Positions 1 through 9,814 of a stretch of DNA of 64,000 bases are shown here, one piece after another; the first letter of the stretch is position 1; every line of letters starts with the position of its first letter. The notes beneath the pieces are model-generated. The model had not been told where the DNA came from. It saw only the letters and a list, made by a program, of their open reading frames with translations, and did not search any database. Both the position numbers and the translations under genes were made by a program. Source of the DNA: Rhodothermales bacterium (GTDB taxonomy: Bacteria > Bacteroidota > Rhodothermia > Rhodothermales > Bin80); NCBI GenBank assembly GCA_951812585.1, contig OX638318.1, positions 1,501,058 through 1,565,057 on the forward strand, in the 5' to 3' direction.

Positions 1-106
1 AAAAGGTCCATCCAAGCCGCCCGTTGATGAACACGCAAGATACCGGTGCGGACCGCCGCGATTCAAGGGTCACACAAGGCGACTTATGAGCTAAATATCC
101 ACAATG

Positions 107-1339
107 TTATGCACACGGTTCGCTACGTTCGGCCCCGGACGCGGGCAGGATGCGCTCCAGGAGCGCTTCCGCTACCGCTCGCTTCGGCATACGCGCGAGG
201 CGCTCTTCGGAGCCATCGCGCCCGAGCAGCGTTACGCGGTTGGTGCCCGTGCCAAAGCCTGCACCAGCCTCGTTCACGTAGTTGAGCACAACCCAGTCCA
301 GGTTCTTGGCCTTAAGCTTCTGCCGCGCATTGGCGACGCCGTCGTGGGTTTCCATGGCGAAGCCGATGAGCACCTGTCCAGGTCGCTTGTCCGCCCCAAG
401 CGCCTGAAGAATGTCTTTGGTAGGTGCAAGCGCGATCGCGCGCACAGCATCGCGATCGCGCTTCTTGAGCTTCCGAGCCGAGGGTGCGGCAGGTGCATAG
501 TCCGCTACTGCGGCCGCCATGAACACGTAATCCGCCGAGCCGTGTGCGGCGACCGCGCTGGCCATCTCCGCGGCCGTTTCCACATCCACCCGGGACACGC
601 CTGCGGGCGTCTTCAGGTGCGAGGGGCCACTTACGAGCGTCACCTGTGCACCGCGGCGCGCGAGCGCGTCGGCTAGTGCGAACCCCATCGTACCCGTAGA
701 GCGATTGGTCACAACACGCACGGCGTCCACAGGCTCGCGGGTCGGACCGGCGGTGACCAGCGCATGGGTTCCTGCAAGGGTGGTGGCGCGGCGCACAAGA
801 GCTTTGATGCGGGTCACGATGGCATGAGGCTCCGGCATGCGCCCGTAACCTGTCAAGCCGCTGGCCAGCTCGCCAAGTTCTGCGTCCATGACGTGGTATC
901 CATAGGCTGCTAGCTGCGCCAAGTTGGCGCGAACAGCGCGGTGCATGTACATGTCATGGTCCATGGCCGGGCACACCAGGACGGGGCACTGCGCAGCAAG
1001 TACCGTCGCTGCAAGCATGGAGTCGGCAAACCCATGGGACAGTTTCGCCAAGGTTTGGGCCGACAGCGGCGCGATGATGCACAGGTCCGCCCACCGGCCG
1101 AGCGCAACGTGCTGGGTCCAAGTCTTATGATCGGCGAACATGTCCGTCAGCACCGGACGTCTGGATACGGTCGCCAACGTCTCGGCCGTAACAAAACGGG
1201 TCGCCGTAGGCGAAGCCAGCACCTGAACTTCGGCTCCTTCGCGCACAAGCAGCCGCACGAGCTCCGGCGTCTTATAGGCAGCGATGCTGCCGGTGACCCC
1301 CAGGATCAGTTTGCATCCGCGCAACAAGCAGTCCTTCAT
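107..1339 (-). CDS. coaBC: bifunctional phosphopantothenoylcysteine decarboxylase / phosphopantothenate-cysteine ligase
   Basis: 410-aa ORF. N-terminal flavoprotein motif ILGVTGSIAAYKTPELVRLL and a C-terminal CoaB-type half. Start overlaps the gmk stop by 4 nt. Confidence 0.9.
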   Translation of the reverse strand: MKDCLLRGCKLILGVTGSIAAYKTPELVRLLVREGAEVQVLASPTATRFVTAETLATVSRRPVLTDMFADHKTWTQHVALGRWADLCIIAPLSAQTLAKLSHGFADSMLAATVLAAQCPVLVCPAMDHDMYMHRAVRANLAQLAAYGYHVMDAELGELASGLTGYGRMPEPHAIVTRIKALVRRATTLAGTHALVTAGPTREPVDAVRVVTNRSTGTMGFALADALARRGAQVTLVSGPSHLKTPAGVSRVDVETAAEMASAVAAHGSADYVFMAAAVADYAPAAPSARKLKKRDRDAVRAIALAPTKDILQALGADKRPGQVLIGFAMETHDGVANARQKLKAKNLDWVVLNYVNEAGAGFGTGTNRVTLLGRDGSEERLARMPKRAVAEALLERILPASGAERSEPCA

Positions 1340-1905
1340 GGCGCATCCAGAACGTGGCGGATCAGCGCAACCGCCCGGGCGACCGCCGCGTCAAGGTCGT
1401 GATTTACGATGGCGGCATCGAATGTGTTGGCATGCTGCATCTCTTCCGCGGCCCGCCGAAGCCGCACCTGGAGGGTGCGGCTGGATTCGGTAGCGCGCTT
1501 ACGGAGCCGTTCTTTTAGCGCGTTCATATTCGGGGGCTTGATGAAGATAACGAATGCCTCGTCCTGATAGTCCTTCTTGAGGCGCAGCGCACCCTTTACG
1601 TCGATGTCCAGCAGCACCGGCTCCGCCTTGGACGCTTGTGCAATCTCCGCGCGGAGCGTACCGTAGAATGTTCCGGGGTAGACTTCCTCAAACTCGGCGA
1701 GATGATCCTCGTGAATGAGTCGCTCGAACTCTTGTCTGGACACAAAGAAGTAGTCTTTGCCGTGCGTTTCTGTACGCCGAGGCGGTCGGGTGGTGGCCGA
1801 CACCGAGAAGCGAAGCTGCGGAAACTGTGCCAGAAGCCGCCGGGCAACGGTGGTTTTCCCCGCACCGCTGGGGGCGGTTACTGCGATGATTCTGTGGCAA
1901 GCCAT
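1336..1905 (-). CDS. gmk: guanylate kinase
   Basis: 189 aa. P-loop APSGAGKTT followed by SATTRPPR..E..GKDYFFVSRQEFE, typical of guanylate kinase. Confidence 0.9.
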   Translation of the reverse strand: MACHRIIAVTAPSGAGKTTVARRLLAQFPQLRFSVSATTRPPRRTETHGKDYFFVSRQEFERLIHEDHLAEFEEVYPGTFYGTLRAEIAQASKAEPVLLDIDVKGALRLKKDYQDEAFVIFIKPPNMNALKERLRKRATESSRTLQVRLRRAAEEMQHANTFDAAIVNHDLDAAVARAVALIRHVLDAP

Positions 1906-2404
1906 ACGCTTCCTACGCCGAAAGGCGATGCTGGATCAACAGGCCGAGGAATAATCATGGGCGCCGGGCCCGCTAGCCTTTGCGGTAGTGTGCCAATCCA
2001 GGGGATGGCGAACCACCGCAGTATGCGGCACGAACGGCCATATCGTCGGCCATGCGCGGAAAAGATCGGCCGCGTCCATCACCCGTCCGACAAAGGAAGC
2101 CTGCCATACACATGGAACAGCTCGCTGCGCCCGCAGGCGCGCCTCCGACAGTCAGCGATTAGCGCAGCGCAGCCATGGCTCATCAAGGGCTCATCATTTG
2201 CGCAGAATCAGTATATTCAGCAACAATCCAAAGTAAATCTTGCTCCTCTTCCCTTCAAGCCTGAAGGCGAAGGATCGCGGCGTGCATAGAAGGCAGCGAA
2301 ATGCAGGGAGTGGCCAGTGCCGACGGACAACAGGGCTGGCCAGCGCCGTATTCGTGATTTTGAAAACAGGCCTTTAAGTAAGGCTCACCGATGCTATTTG
2401 CGCC

Positions 2405-5400
2405 ATGAGAGTGTCCAAACCAGCACGCGTCGCCCTGGTGGCGGCGCTGATTTTGCCCCTGGCAGCGGTGCTTCTGCCACAAGCGCCAGCACGCGTGCAG
2501 GGCCCTGAAGGCCTGTTCCTGGCGTCGGAAAAAGCCAAACAGCTTAAGACCGAACAGGGGTACCCGGACCTTTTCATGCAGTATCACCACCAGATCCGAT
2601 CATCAGCAAGCGGCGTAAACGACTACACGACGGGCTATCGGGTCAAGGAGCTGAATACGGCGCTGGCCGCCGCCAAGACGGCCACCAGACTGGGGTGGAT
2701 CGAGCGCGGCCCGGGCAATGTCGGTGGTCGTACGCGCCCGCTGCTGGTGGATCCGGATGATCCGCTGCAGCATACCTGGTGGGCGGGGTCGGTCGGCGGC
2801 GGGCTGTGGAAGACGATCAACGGCGGGTTGAACTGGCAGTATCAGACGGACCACCTACCCAACCTGTCGGTAACGGCATTAGCCATGGCCGAAAGCGACC
2901 ACGATGTCTTATACATGGGGACCGGCGAGGGTTTTGGCAACATCGACCGCGTGGGCGGCAGCGGCATGTTCAGGTCTAGAGATCGCGGCCAGAGTTGGGA
3001 GCATCTGATGGTCACGACCGTGGGGACGGATTTCGCCTATGTGAACCGACTGGCGGTCCATCCCACCAATGCGGATGTGGTGCTCGCGGCGACCAACGAG
3101 GGCCTCTTTCGCACCACCGATGGCGGAGATTCCTGGACGGCGGTGTACAGGGGTTCCGGGCGCATTCAGGATCTCCGGGCCCAGCCGGGCAACTTTGACG
3201 TGCTGGTTGCGACCGAAAACGGCCGCGGCATCTTGCGCTCTTCGGACGCAGGCCGTTCGTGGGTGCACGCCGATGTGCTCTGGCAGGATGGGCCCGGGCG
3301 CATCGAAGTGGCCTATTCGCCCTCCGACCCAGCGGTGGCCTATGCCGCCGCCAACACAGCAGCGCAAGGCGGTCAGTTGTACAGGTCCGAGGATGGCGGT
3401 GCGACATGGCTGCCCACCTTCGAGCCAACAAACACCAACTGGCTGGGGTCTCAGGGCTGGTACGACAACACACTGGCGGTCCACCCGTTCGATCCTGATA
3501 TAGTATTTCTGGGGGGCATTCAGCTGTGGCGGACGGTTCTTTCAGGGGAGACAAGGGATGTATCGGGTCCTTCCAGTCTCGACCGCGGCGGCACGGATCA
3601 GTGGCTCGTCCTGCGAGACATTGGGGGAGGCGCGCACTTCGGCATCCTGCACTATTTCGGTGACGAAGGAGGCGATGTGACGCCGGCCGACTACGGGACC
3701 GTGGAGATTCGATTTGGGCAGGGAACGCAGAGGGCGCATCGCTACTGGGTGCCAGAAGACGCCGGGTCCGATGGCGATGGTACGTCGGGCGTGCCGGACT
3801 CTCTCTATATCTGGGGCGGTTATGTGGAGGTGCCCTTCCAGGTTTGGGATACGGACAACAACAAGCAGCTGGCTGTTTCCTTCAGAGACCAGGCGGACGA
3901 TGGCGAGTGGACGCTCACCCACAGGAACTTCAGCGGGGGGCGCGATGGCCACAGCCGCGAGTACACGTTCATAAACAAGTATGAATACGACCCCAACGCG
4001 GCGCAGCCCGAGATGGCGCGCAGCGGCGGCCACGCCGTAGGGCGTCTGTACTATTTCTGGCCTATTCTGCGAGACGGAGCCTCCTTCGATCCCGAAAATC
4101 TTCCGGCGCAAACCATAACGATTACCTTTGCCAGAGGGACTGCCGTGGTGCGGTCTATCGACCGCCGGATCGATGCCAGCGGGCTGGCACATGTGGACCA
4201 TCACAACATTGTGCCCGTTCCCGTGGATCCGGCCAGTGAAACGTTCTGGGTACTCAATGCCAATGATGGCGGTGTGGCCGTGTCCAAGAACGGCGGCGAG
4301 TTGTTCCGGGAGGTGGACCGTGCGTTTGCAGGCTACAACACGGCTCAGTTCTACGGTGTCTCCAAGAGACCGGGCGTCAGCATGTACCTGGCGGGCACGC
4401 AGGACAACGGGACCTGGCGGTCCTTTCCGAATGCCAACAGCCAGCGCGGGTGGCAGCGTCAGTTAGGAGGCGATGGCTTTGAAACGGTGTGGCACAGCAA
4501 GGACGACAAGAAGATGCTGGGGTCCATCCAGTTCAATCTGATCTACCGGTCACTCAACGGGGGCACGAGCTGGGCGAGCGCTCTGCCGGGCGAAACGGGC
4601 GACAATGGACAATTCATCACCACGCTCGCCAGCTCCGATGCTGCGCCGGACGAGGTCTACACCTCAGGCAGGTCGGGCGTCTGGCGTTCTACGGATTTTG
4701 CCGGATCTTGGACTCTTACGCCGATCTCTTCGCACTGGGGCTTCTGGCACGGTGGCAAGGTCCGCGTATCGCTGGCGGATTCGACGGTGGTTTGGGCAGG
4801 CCATGGCATGGATGACGGGCGCAGAATGCACATCTCGAGAAACCGCGGCGAGTCATTCAGAGCCACGGAGCTGCCCGTGATGAGCCCGACCCCGTCGGCG
4901 CGCCTTTCGGGCCTCGCAACGCACCCGACGGAGGCGGGCACCGCATACGCACTGTTCTCACGACGCAGCCGGCCCAAGGTGCTGGAAACCAAGAACTACG
5001 GCGAGACATGGAGCGATCTGTCCGGTTTTGCCGGTTCGTCGAGCGGCGAAAGCAGCAACGGTTTTCCCAACGTAGCCGTGCACGATCTGGTGGTGATGCC
5101 GCATTCGACGAACGTCATCTGGGTAGGGACAGACATTGGACTGTTCAAGTCCAAGAGCTATGGCGCTGAGTGGAACTACGCGCACAACGGGTTGCCTGCG
5201 GTGTCCATATGGCGGATGAAGGTGCGAGACGATGAGGTCGTCGTTGCAACGCATGGCCGCGGCATATGGACGGTGCCGACAGGCGATGTTGATGTTGCGA
5301 TAGAAGAGGACCCGGCCGACGTGCCTACAGGGTTCGGCTTGCACCCGAACTATCCCAACCCGTTCAACGCGTCGACCATCCTGCGCTTTACCGTGCCGGA

Positions 5401-5593
5401 AGCGGTCGATGTCTGTGTGACCATCTTTGATGCACAGGGCCGCAAGGTTCGTGTGCTCACGGATCGCCGGTACGAGGCGGGGACGCACGCCTTGACCTGG
5501 GATGCCGGCGCTGAGGCCAGCGGCGTCTACTTCGCTCGCCTGGAGTCGGATGGCAAGCTTGTGCGGATCCGACAGATGACGCTCGTCAAGTAG
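2405..5593 (+). CDS. secreted BNR/Asp-box repeat (sortilin/VPS10-like beta-propeller) protein with T9SS C-terminal sorting domain
   Basis: 1062 aa with an N-terminal signal peptide. Repeated Asp-box motifs (SRDRGQSW, TTDGGDSW, SSDAGRSW, SEDGGATW). The last ~80 aa (NYPNPFNASTILRF...GVYFARLESDGKLVRIRQMTLVK) match the T9SS type-A CTD pattern. Confidence 0.75.
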   Translation: MRVSKPARVALVAALILPLAAVLLPQAPARVQGPEGLFLASEKAKQLKTEQGYPDLFMQYHHQIRSSASGVNDYTTGYRVKELNTALAAAKTATRLGWIERGPGNVGGRTRPLLVDPDDPLQHTWWAGSVGGGLWKTINGGLNWQYQTDHLPNLSVTALAMAESDHDVLYMGTGEGFGNIDRVGGSGMFRSRDRGQSWEHLMVTTVGTDFAYVNRLAVHPTNADVVLAATNEGLFRTTDGGDSWTAVYRGSGRIQDLRAQPGNFDVLVATENGRGILRSSDAGRSWVHADVLWQDGPGRIEVAYSPSDPAVAYAAANTAAQGGQLYRSEDGGATWLPTFEPTNTNWLGSQGWYDNTLAVHPFDPDIVFLGGIQLWRTVLSGETRDVSGPSSLDRGGTDQWLVLRDIGGGAHFGILHYFGDEGGDVTPADYGTVEIRFGQGTQRAHRYWVPEDAGSDGDGTSGVPDSLYIWGGYVEVPFQVWDTDNNKQLAVSFRDQADDGEWTLTHRNFSGGRDGHSREYTFINKYEYDPNAAQPEMARSGGHAVGRLYYFWPILRDGASFDPENLPAQTITITFARGTAVVRSIDRRIDASGLAHVDHHNIVPVPVDPASETFWVLNANDGGVAVSKNGGELFREVDRAFAGYNTAQFYGVSKRPGVSMYLAGTQDNGTWRSFPNANSQRGWQRQLGGDGFETVWHSKDDKKMLGSIQFNLIYRSLNGGTSWASALPGETGDNGQFITTLASSDAAPDEVYTSGRSGVWRSTDFAGSWTLTPISSHWGFWHGGKVRVSLADSTVVWAGHGMDDGRRMHISRNRGESFRATELPVMSPTPSARLSGLATHPTEAGTAYALFSRRSRPKVLETKNYGETWSDLSGFAGSSSGESSNGFPNVAVHDLVVMPHSTNVIWVGTDIGLFKSKSYGAEWNYAHNGLPAVSIWRMKVRDDEVVVATHGRGIWTVPTGDVDVAIEEDPADVPTGFGLHPNYPNPFNASTILRFTVPEAVDVCVTIFDAQGRKVRVLTDRRYEAGTHALTWDAGAEASGVYFARLESDGKLVRIRQMTLVK

Positions 5594-5675
5594 GAACGGC
5601 TTTCAGCAGGGCGCGCCCTGCACGCAGGTGGGGCGCAGCACCGCGCGGCATAGGTGCCGCCTGCTCGCGCCTGTG

Positions 5676-5763
5676 CGGAGAGGGAGGGATTCGAACCCTC
5701 GGTACCCGTCTAGAGTACACTCGCTTTCCAGGCGAGCCCGTTCGGCCGCTCCGGCACCTCTCC
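5676..5763 (-). tRNA. tRNA-Ser (anticodon GGA)
   Basis: Reverse complement folds by hand: acceptor GGAGAGG/CCTCTCC, anticodon stem CTCGC/GCGAG with loop CTGGAAA, long variable arm, T-arm GAGGG-TTCGAAT-CCCTC. No encoded CCA. Confidence 0.9.
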
Positions 5764-5765
5764 GT

Positions 5766-6335
5766 CTAGATCTCCATGATGGCGTGCTCCTTGACGCGGA
5801 GGATGTCGTCAATCTTTCGGACGAACGAGTTCGTTTCGTCCTGCAGTCGACCCTCCGCCAGGTAGCGCATGTCTTCCGACAGCTTTTCCTCCTCCTGCGT
5901 AGCCTTCACATCGTCCTTGGCATGCCGGCGAATGTTGCGGATGGCGATCTTGGCTTCCTCGCCCAAGCGGCGTGCGCTCCTTACGAGCGCCCGCCGGCGT
6001 TCTTCGGTGAGCGGCGGCACGGGCACGCGAATCAGGGCCCCGTCGTTGGAAGGATTCAGTCCCAAATCTGAAGACATGATCGCGCGCTCTACGCTGCGAA
6101 AGGTGGCGCGGTCCCAAGGCTGGACGATGATGAGGTCAGGCTGTGGCGCGGTAACGGAGGCCAAATGGTTGAGCGGCATCATTTTGCCGTACGCATTCAC
6201 TTTGACATCCTGCAGCATCATCGGTGTGGCGCGCCCTGCACGGATGCCTTGCAACTTGCCCCTGAAGTCCGCAATGGTCTTGTCCATGCGCTCCAGGGCA
6301 TCCTCCAGGATCATTTCCAGGATCTCATCAAGCAT
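5766..6335 (-). CDS. frr: ribosome recycling factor
   Basis: ORF 5766..6386. I place the start at the ATG giving MLDEILEMILEDALERMDKT (189 aa). Full-length RRF-like sequence; conserved pyrH-frr order. Confidence 0.9.
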   Translation of the reverse strand: MLDEILEMILEDALERMDKTIADFRGKLQGIRAGRATPMMLQDVKVNAYGKMMPLNHLASVTAPQPDLIIVQPWDRATFRSVERAIMSSDLGLNPSNDGALIRVPVPPLTEERRRALVRSARRLGEEAKIAIRNIRRHAKDDVKATQEEEKLSEDMRYLAEGRLQDETNSFVRKIDDILRVKEHAIMEI

Positions 6336-7071
6336 CCGCGTGCCCCTCCCAGTGCACCAGCGTGCCCACGCGCTCTCCCTGCACAATGCGGAGCAGGCTG
6401 CCCGTGGTGTTCACGTCAAAAACGATGATGGGCAGTTTGGACTCCCTGCAGAGCGTGAACGCCGTCATGTCCATTACACGCAAACCGCGCTGAATAACCG
6501 CTTCCCCGGCGATGCGGTGGTAGCGCGTAGCATCGGGGTGCTCCTCCGGATCCTTGGAGAAGATGCCATCCACACGCGTACCCTTGATGAGCACTTCCGC
6601 ATCAATCTCCAGGGCTCGCAGCGCCGCGGCGGTATCCGTCGTAAAGTACGGACTGCCAGTCCCGCTGCCAAAGATGACCACGCGGCCCTTCTCCAGATGC
6701 CGAAGCGCCCGGCGCCGAATAAACGGCTCAGCAATCTCCTCCATGGCAATGCTGGACTGGAGCCGGGTTTCCAGGCCGCGCTGCTCCAACGCGTCCTGCA
6801 GGGCCATCGCGTTGATCATGGTGGACAGCATGCCCATGTAGTCGCTCATGGCGCGCGTCATGCCGGCGGATGCGTCCCGCACGCCGCGGTAGATGTTGCC
6901 GCCGCCAATGACCAGCGCGACAGACACGCCTGCCTGCGCCACGCTGTCGATCTCGCGCGCGTAGCGCGTGAGGACATCTTTATCGATGCCGAACGACTGT
7001 CGGCCCAAGAGGGCTGAACCACTCAGCTTGACCAGGACGCGGCGGTATACTGGGCAAGGCTTGGGTTCCAC
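6328..7071 (-). CDS. pyrH: UMP kinase
   Basis: YRRVLVKLSGSALLG...VALVIGGGNIYRG matches the UMP kinase N-terminal pattern. The ORF is open to a TTG at 7128, but that overlaps tsf. I prefer the GTG at 7071; the start is uncertain. Confidence 0.85.
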   Translation of the reverse strand: MEPKPCPVYRRVLVKLSGSALLGRQSFGIDKDVLTRYAREIDSVAQAGVSVALVIGGGNIYRGVRDASAGMTRAMSDYMGMLSTMINAMALQDALEQRGLETRLQSSIAMEEIAEPFIRRRALRHLEKGRVVIFGSGTGSPYFTTDTAAALRALEIDAEVLIKGTRVDGIFSKDPEEHPDATRYHRIAGEAVIQRGLRVMDMTAFTLCRESKLPIIVFDVNTTGSLLRIVQGERVGTLVHWEGHADA

Positions 7072-7102
7072 CAGGAAGCGGTTCTGAAACAGCGCGGCAG
7101 CG

Positions 7103-7933
7103 CTAGTTTCCCAGCTGGTACCGCACAAAGCGGTGTAGCTCCGCCCCTGCGCGCGTAAGGATGTCGCGCACGCTTACCGAGGCGTCCTTGACAAACGGTT
7201 GATCCACCAGCACATGGTCCTTGAAATACTTTTCCAGATACCCGCGGGCAATGCGATCCAAGACATGGGCCGGCCTGCCGGCGCTGCGGGCCGCCTCACG
7301 ACCGATCTCTATCTCCCGGGCCTGCACCGCTTCCGGAACCTCCGTGCGAAAAGCCGCCACGGGGTTGAGTGCGGCTACCTGCATGGCCACATCCCGGCCG
7401 GTGTCTTCTATCTGGCCGTTGCCTGACAAAGCCACCAGCACACCGAGCTGCGCGCCTGGGTGCACGTACGCGACTACATGCCCCGACGGGCTGCTTAACA
7501 CTGCGCAGCGGCGAATGCCCATGTTTTCGCCAATCTTGCCGGTAAGCGCAATTAGCGCCTGCCCTACGGTCTGGCCGCCGCTGATCTCGCAGGCCAGAAG
7601 GGCCTCCACATCCGCGGGTGTGTGCGTCAGGAGCGTGCGGGCGACGGAATCCGCAAAGGAAACAAATTCGTCATTGCGAGCCACGAAATCGGTCTCGCAG
7701 TTCACTTCGGCGATCACGCCGGTACGTCCGTCCGCGCTGACCCGCGCCACGATCAGGCCCTGAAGAGTCTCCTTGTGTGCGCGCTTCGCGGCAACCTTCC
7801 GGCCCTTCTTGCGCAACAGGTCCACGGCTGCATCCACATCGCCTTTTGCCTCGGTGAGGGCGCGTTTGCAGTCCATAATGCCAGCCCCCGTCTTGTCCCG
7901 GAGCTGTTTCACGTCTTTTGCAGTAATCGCCAT
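7103..7933 (-). CDS. tsf: translation elongation factor Ts
   Basis: 276 aa. N-terminal UBA-like MAITAKDVKQLRDKTGAGIMDCKRALTEA. Conserved rpsB-tsf order. Confidence 0.92.
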   Translation of the reverse strand: MAITAKDVKQLRDKTGAGIMDCKRALTEAKGDVDAAVDLLRKKGRKVAAKRAHKETLQGLIVARVSADGRTGVIAEVNCETDFVARNDEFVSFADSVARTLLTHTPADVEALLACEISGGQTVGQALIALTGKIGENMGIRRCAVLSSPSGHVVAYVHPGAQLGVLVALSGNGQIEDTGRDVAMQVAALNPVAAFRTEVPEAVQAREIEIGREAARSAGRPAHVLDRIARGYLEKYFKDHVLVDQPFVKDASVSVRDILTRAGAELHRFVRYQLGN

Positions 7934-7938
7934 AGTTA

Positions 7939-8787
7939 CTAGGATTGAGCCGCTGTGGTGCGCCTGCGCTCCCGACGCGTCTTGTGTCCTTGCTTTGTCT
8001 CTGTCCGAGCAGCAGCCCGCTGATCCCGCTCTCGCTTCTCCTTCTCCAGCCTGCGCGTTTTGGTTTCAATATCGTGCTGCTTCTTGCCTTCGCTGACCGC
8101 GCTCGCGATAACAGAAGTGATCAGCGCGATGGACTTGTTAGCATCGTCATTGCAGGGGATCACATGATCCACCAGGTCGGGGTCGCAGTTGCTGTCAACC
8201 ATGGCGATGATCGGGATGCCCAACTTGCGCGCTTCCGCCACTGCGATATGCTCGCGGTTGATGTCGACGATGAACAGTGCCCCCGGCATCCGCGCCATGT
8301 TGGCAATCCCGCTCAGGTTGCGCTCCAGCTTTAAGCGCTCGCGGGCCTTCATGAGGCGCTCTTTCTTCTTGAGCTGCTCCATTGTGCCGTCCATCTCCAT
8401 CTTGCCGAGGTCTTCCATGCGCCGGATACTCTTGCGTATTGTCTGGAAGTTGGTCAGCGTGCCCCCCAGCCAACGCTCCACCACAAACGGTGCCCCGCAC
8501 ACCAGGGCGCTGTCGCGCACCGACTTCTGGGCTTGCTTTTTGGTGCCGACAAAAAGCACGGCCTTGCCCTGCTTGGCGAAGCGCGCAGCAGCGTCCGCGG
8601 CCTTTTCAAGCAGCCGCTGCGTCTGGACCAGATCAATGATGTGAATGCTGTTGCGCTGCATAAAGATGTAGGGACGCATCTTCGGATTCCACCGGCTGGT
8701 AAGGTGGCCAAAGTGCGTGCCGGCGCGCAAGAGTTCTTCAATCTGAACCCGGAATGCGGGCTCCGTGCTGGTCTGATTCGCCATCAA
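7939..8787 (-). CDS. rpsB: 30S ribosomal protein S2
   Basis: 282 aa, LLRAGTHFGHLTSRWNPKM signature. Carries a ~45-aa basic C-terminal extension. Confidence 0.92.
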   Translation of the reverse strand: MMANQTSTEPAFRVQIEELLRAGTHFGHLTSRWNPKMRPYIFMQRNSIHIIDLVQTQRLLEKAADAAARFAKQGKAVLFVGTKKQAQKSVRDSALVCGAPFVVERWLGGTLTNFQTIRKSIRRMEDLGKMEMDGTMEQLKKKERLMKARERLKLERNLSGIANMARMPGALFIVDINREHIAVAEARKLGIPIIAMVDSNCDPDLVDHVIPCNDDANKSIALITSVIASAVSEGKKQHDIETKTRRLEKEKRERDQRAAARTETKQGHKTRRERRRTTAAQS

Positions 8788-8878
8788 GTCGTTGGGTTAA
8801 TCCGCTACTGTCGTCACGTGCACTGGCAAAACCGTTCGGTCACCCTGACAGGCATCAGACAGTATGAGAAGTAAGGTT

Positions 8879-9274
8879 TTATCGTTTAGAGAACTGGAAT
8901 CGTTTGCGAGCCTTGGGTCGGCCGTACTTCTTGCGTTCCACCATGCGCGGATCGCGCGTCAACAGCCCCGCGTCACGCAGCGGCTTACGAAAGTCATCGC
9001 CTGCTTTCACGAGCGCCCGCGCAATGCCCAGCCGAATGGCTTCGCATTGTCCGGTCAGTCCGCCGCCGTGCACATTGATGACGATGTCGTAGCTGCCCAG
9101 GGCACCCGTAATCGAAAGGGGCATAAGCAGCGTATTTTGCCGGACTTCCGTGGAAAAGTACTCCTTCAGCGGGCGGCGATTGATCTTCACATCGCCACTG
9201 CCGGGGCGCAGGTAGACCCGCGCCGTCGCGGTCTTGCGCCGGCCAACGGCGTTGTACTGCGTGGGAGTTGCCAT
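8879..9274 (-). CDS. rpsI: 30S ribosomal protein S9
   Basis: 131 aa, ends ...ARKRFQFSKR; GRRKTATARV motif. Confidence 0.92.
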   Translation of the reverse strand: MATPTQYNAVGRRKTATARVYLRPGSGDVKINRRPLKEYFSTEVRQNTLLMPLSITGALGSYDIVINVHGGGLTGQCEAIRLGIARALVKAGDDFRKPLRDAGLLTRDPRMVERKKYGRPKARKRFQFSKR

Positions 9275-9280
9275 CAGTTG

Positions 9281-9724
9281 TTAAAGAGCCAGTAGTTGCG
9301 GCCGTTGGGCCTGGTGCGGATGTTCGCTTCCCACATACACCTTGAGCTTTTTCAGCATCTGCCGACCCAGCGGCCCTTTCGGCATCATGCCCTTTACGGC
9401 ATGCCGCACTAAGTGCTCCGCGCGGCGCTGGCGCATCTCGTGCACGGTCAGGGAACGCAAACCGCCCGGATAACCGCTGTAGCGGTAGTAGCGCTTGCCA
9501 TTCTCTTTGTTGCCCGTAAAGCGTACGCACTCCGCATTGATCACGATAACGTAGTCGCCCGTGTCCACATGCGGCGTATACGCAGGTTTGTGCTTGCCGC
9601 GCAAGATGGCTGCGACCGTTGAAGCCAGCCGCCCAACGACCTGGTGCCTGGCGTCGACCACATACCAAGTGCGGACGATGTCCTGCACCCGGGCACTACG
9701 AGTCTTGAAGCTCAGCGTATCCAT
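9281..9724 (-). CDS. rplM: 50S ribosomal protein L13
   Basis: ORF 9281..9784. Start placed at the ATG giving [25 protein letters not shown] (147 aa). rplM-rpsI order. Confidence 0.88.
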   Translation of the reverse strand: MDTLSFKTRSARVQDIVRTWYVVDARHQVVGRLASTVAAILRGKHKPAYTPHVDTGDYVIVINAECVRFTGNKENGKRYYRYSGYPGGLRSLTVHEMRQRRAEHLVRHAVKGMMPKGPLGRQMLKKLKVYVGSEHPHQAQRPQLLAL

Positions 9725-9814
9725 TGATTGCATGCGCATCCGTGGGAAGCACACTGAAACGTCGCCCACCAGGCGAATGTTCACATGCCAATCGGATTCT
9801 TTACGCGATCTTGA

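Noticed and set aside
2310-2345. GGCCAG...CTGGCC inverted repeat upstream of the BNR gene, considered as a riboswitch or terminator.
   Set aside because: The stem is only 6 bp with an 18-nt loop. It has no U-tract and contains no riboswitch core motif that I recognise.
7905-7920. parS half-site TGTTTCACGT inside tsf.
   Set aside because: Only the left half matches and the right half (CTTTTG) does not. There is no palindrome.
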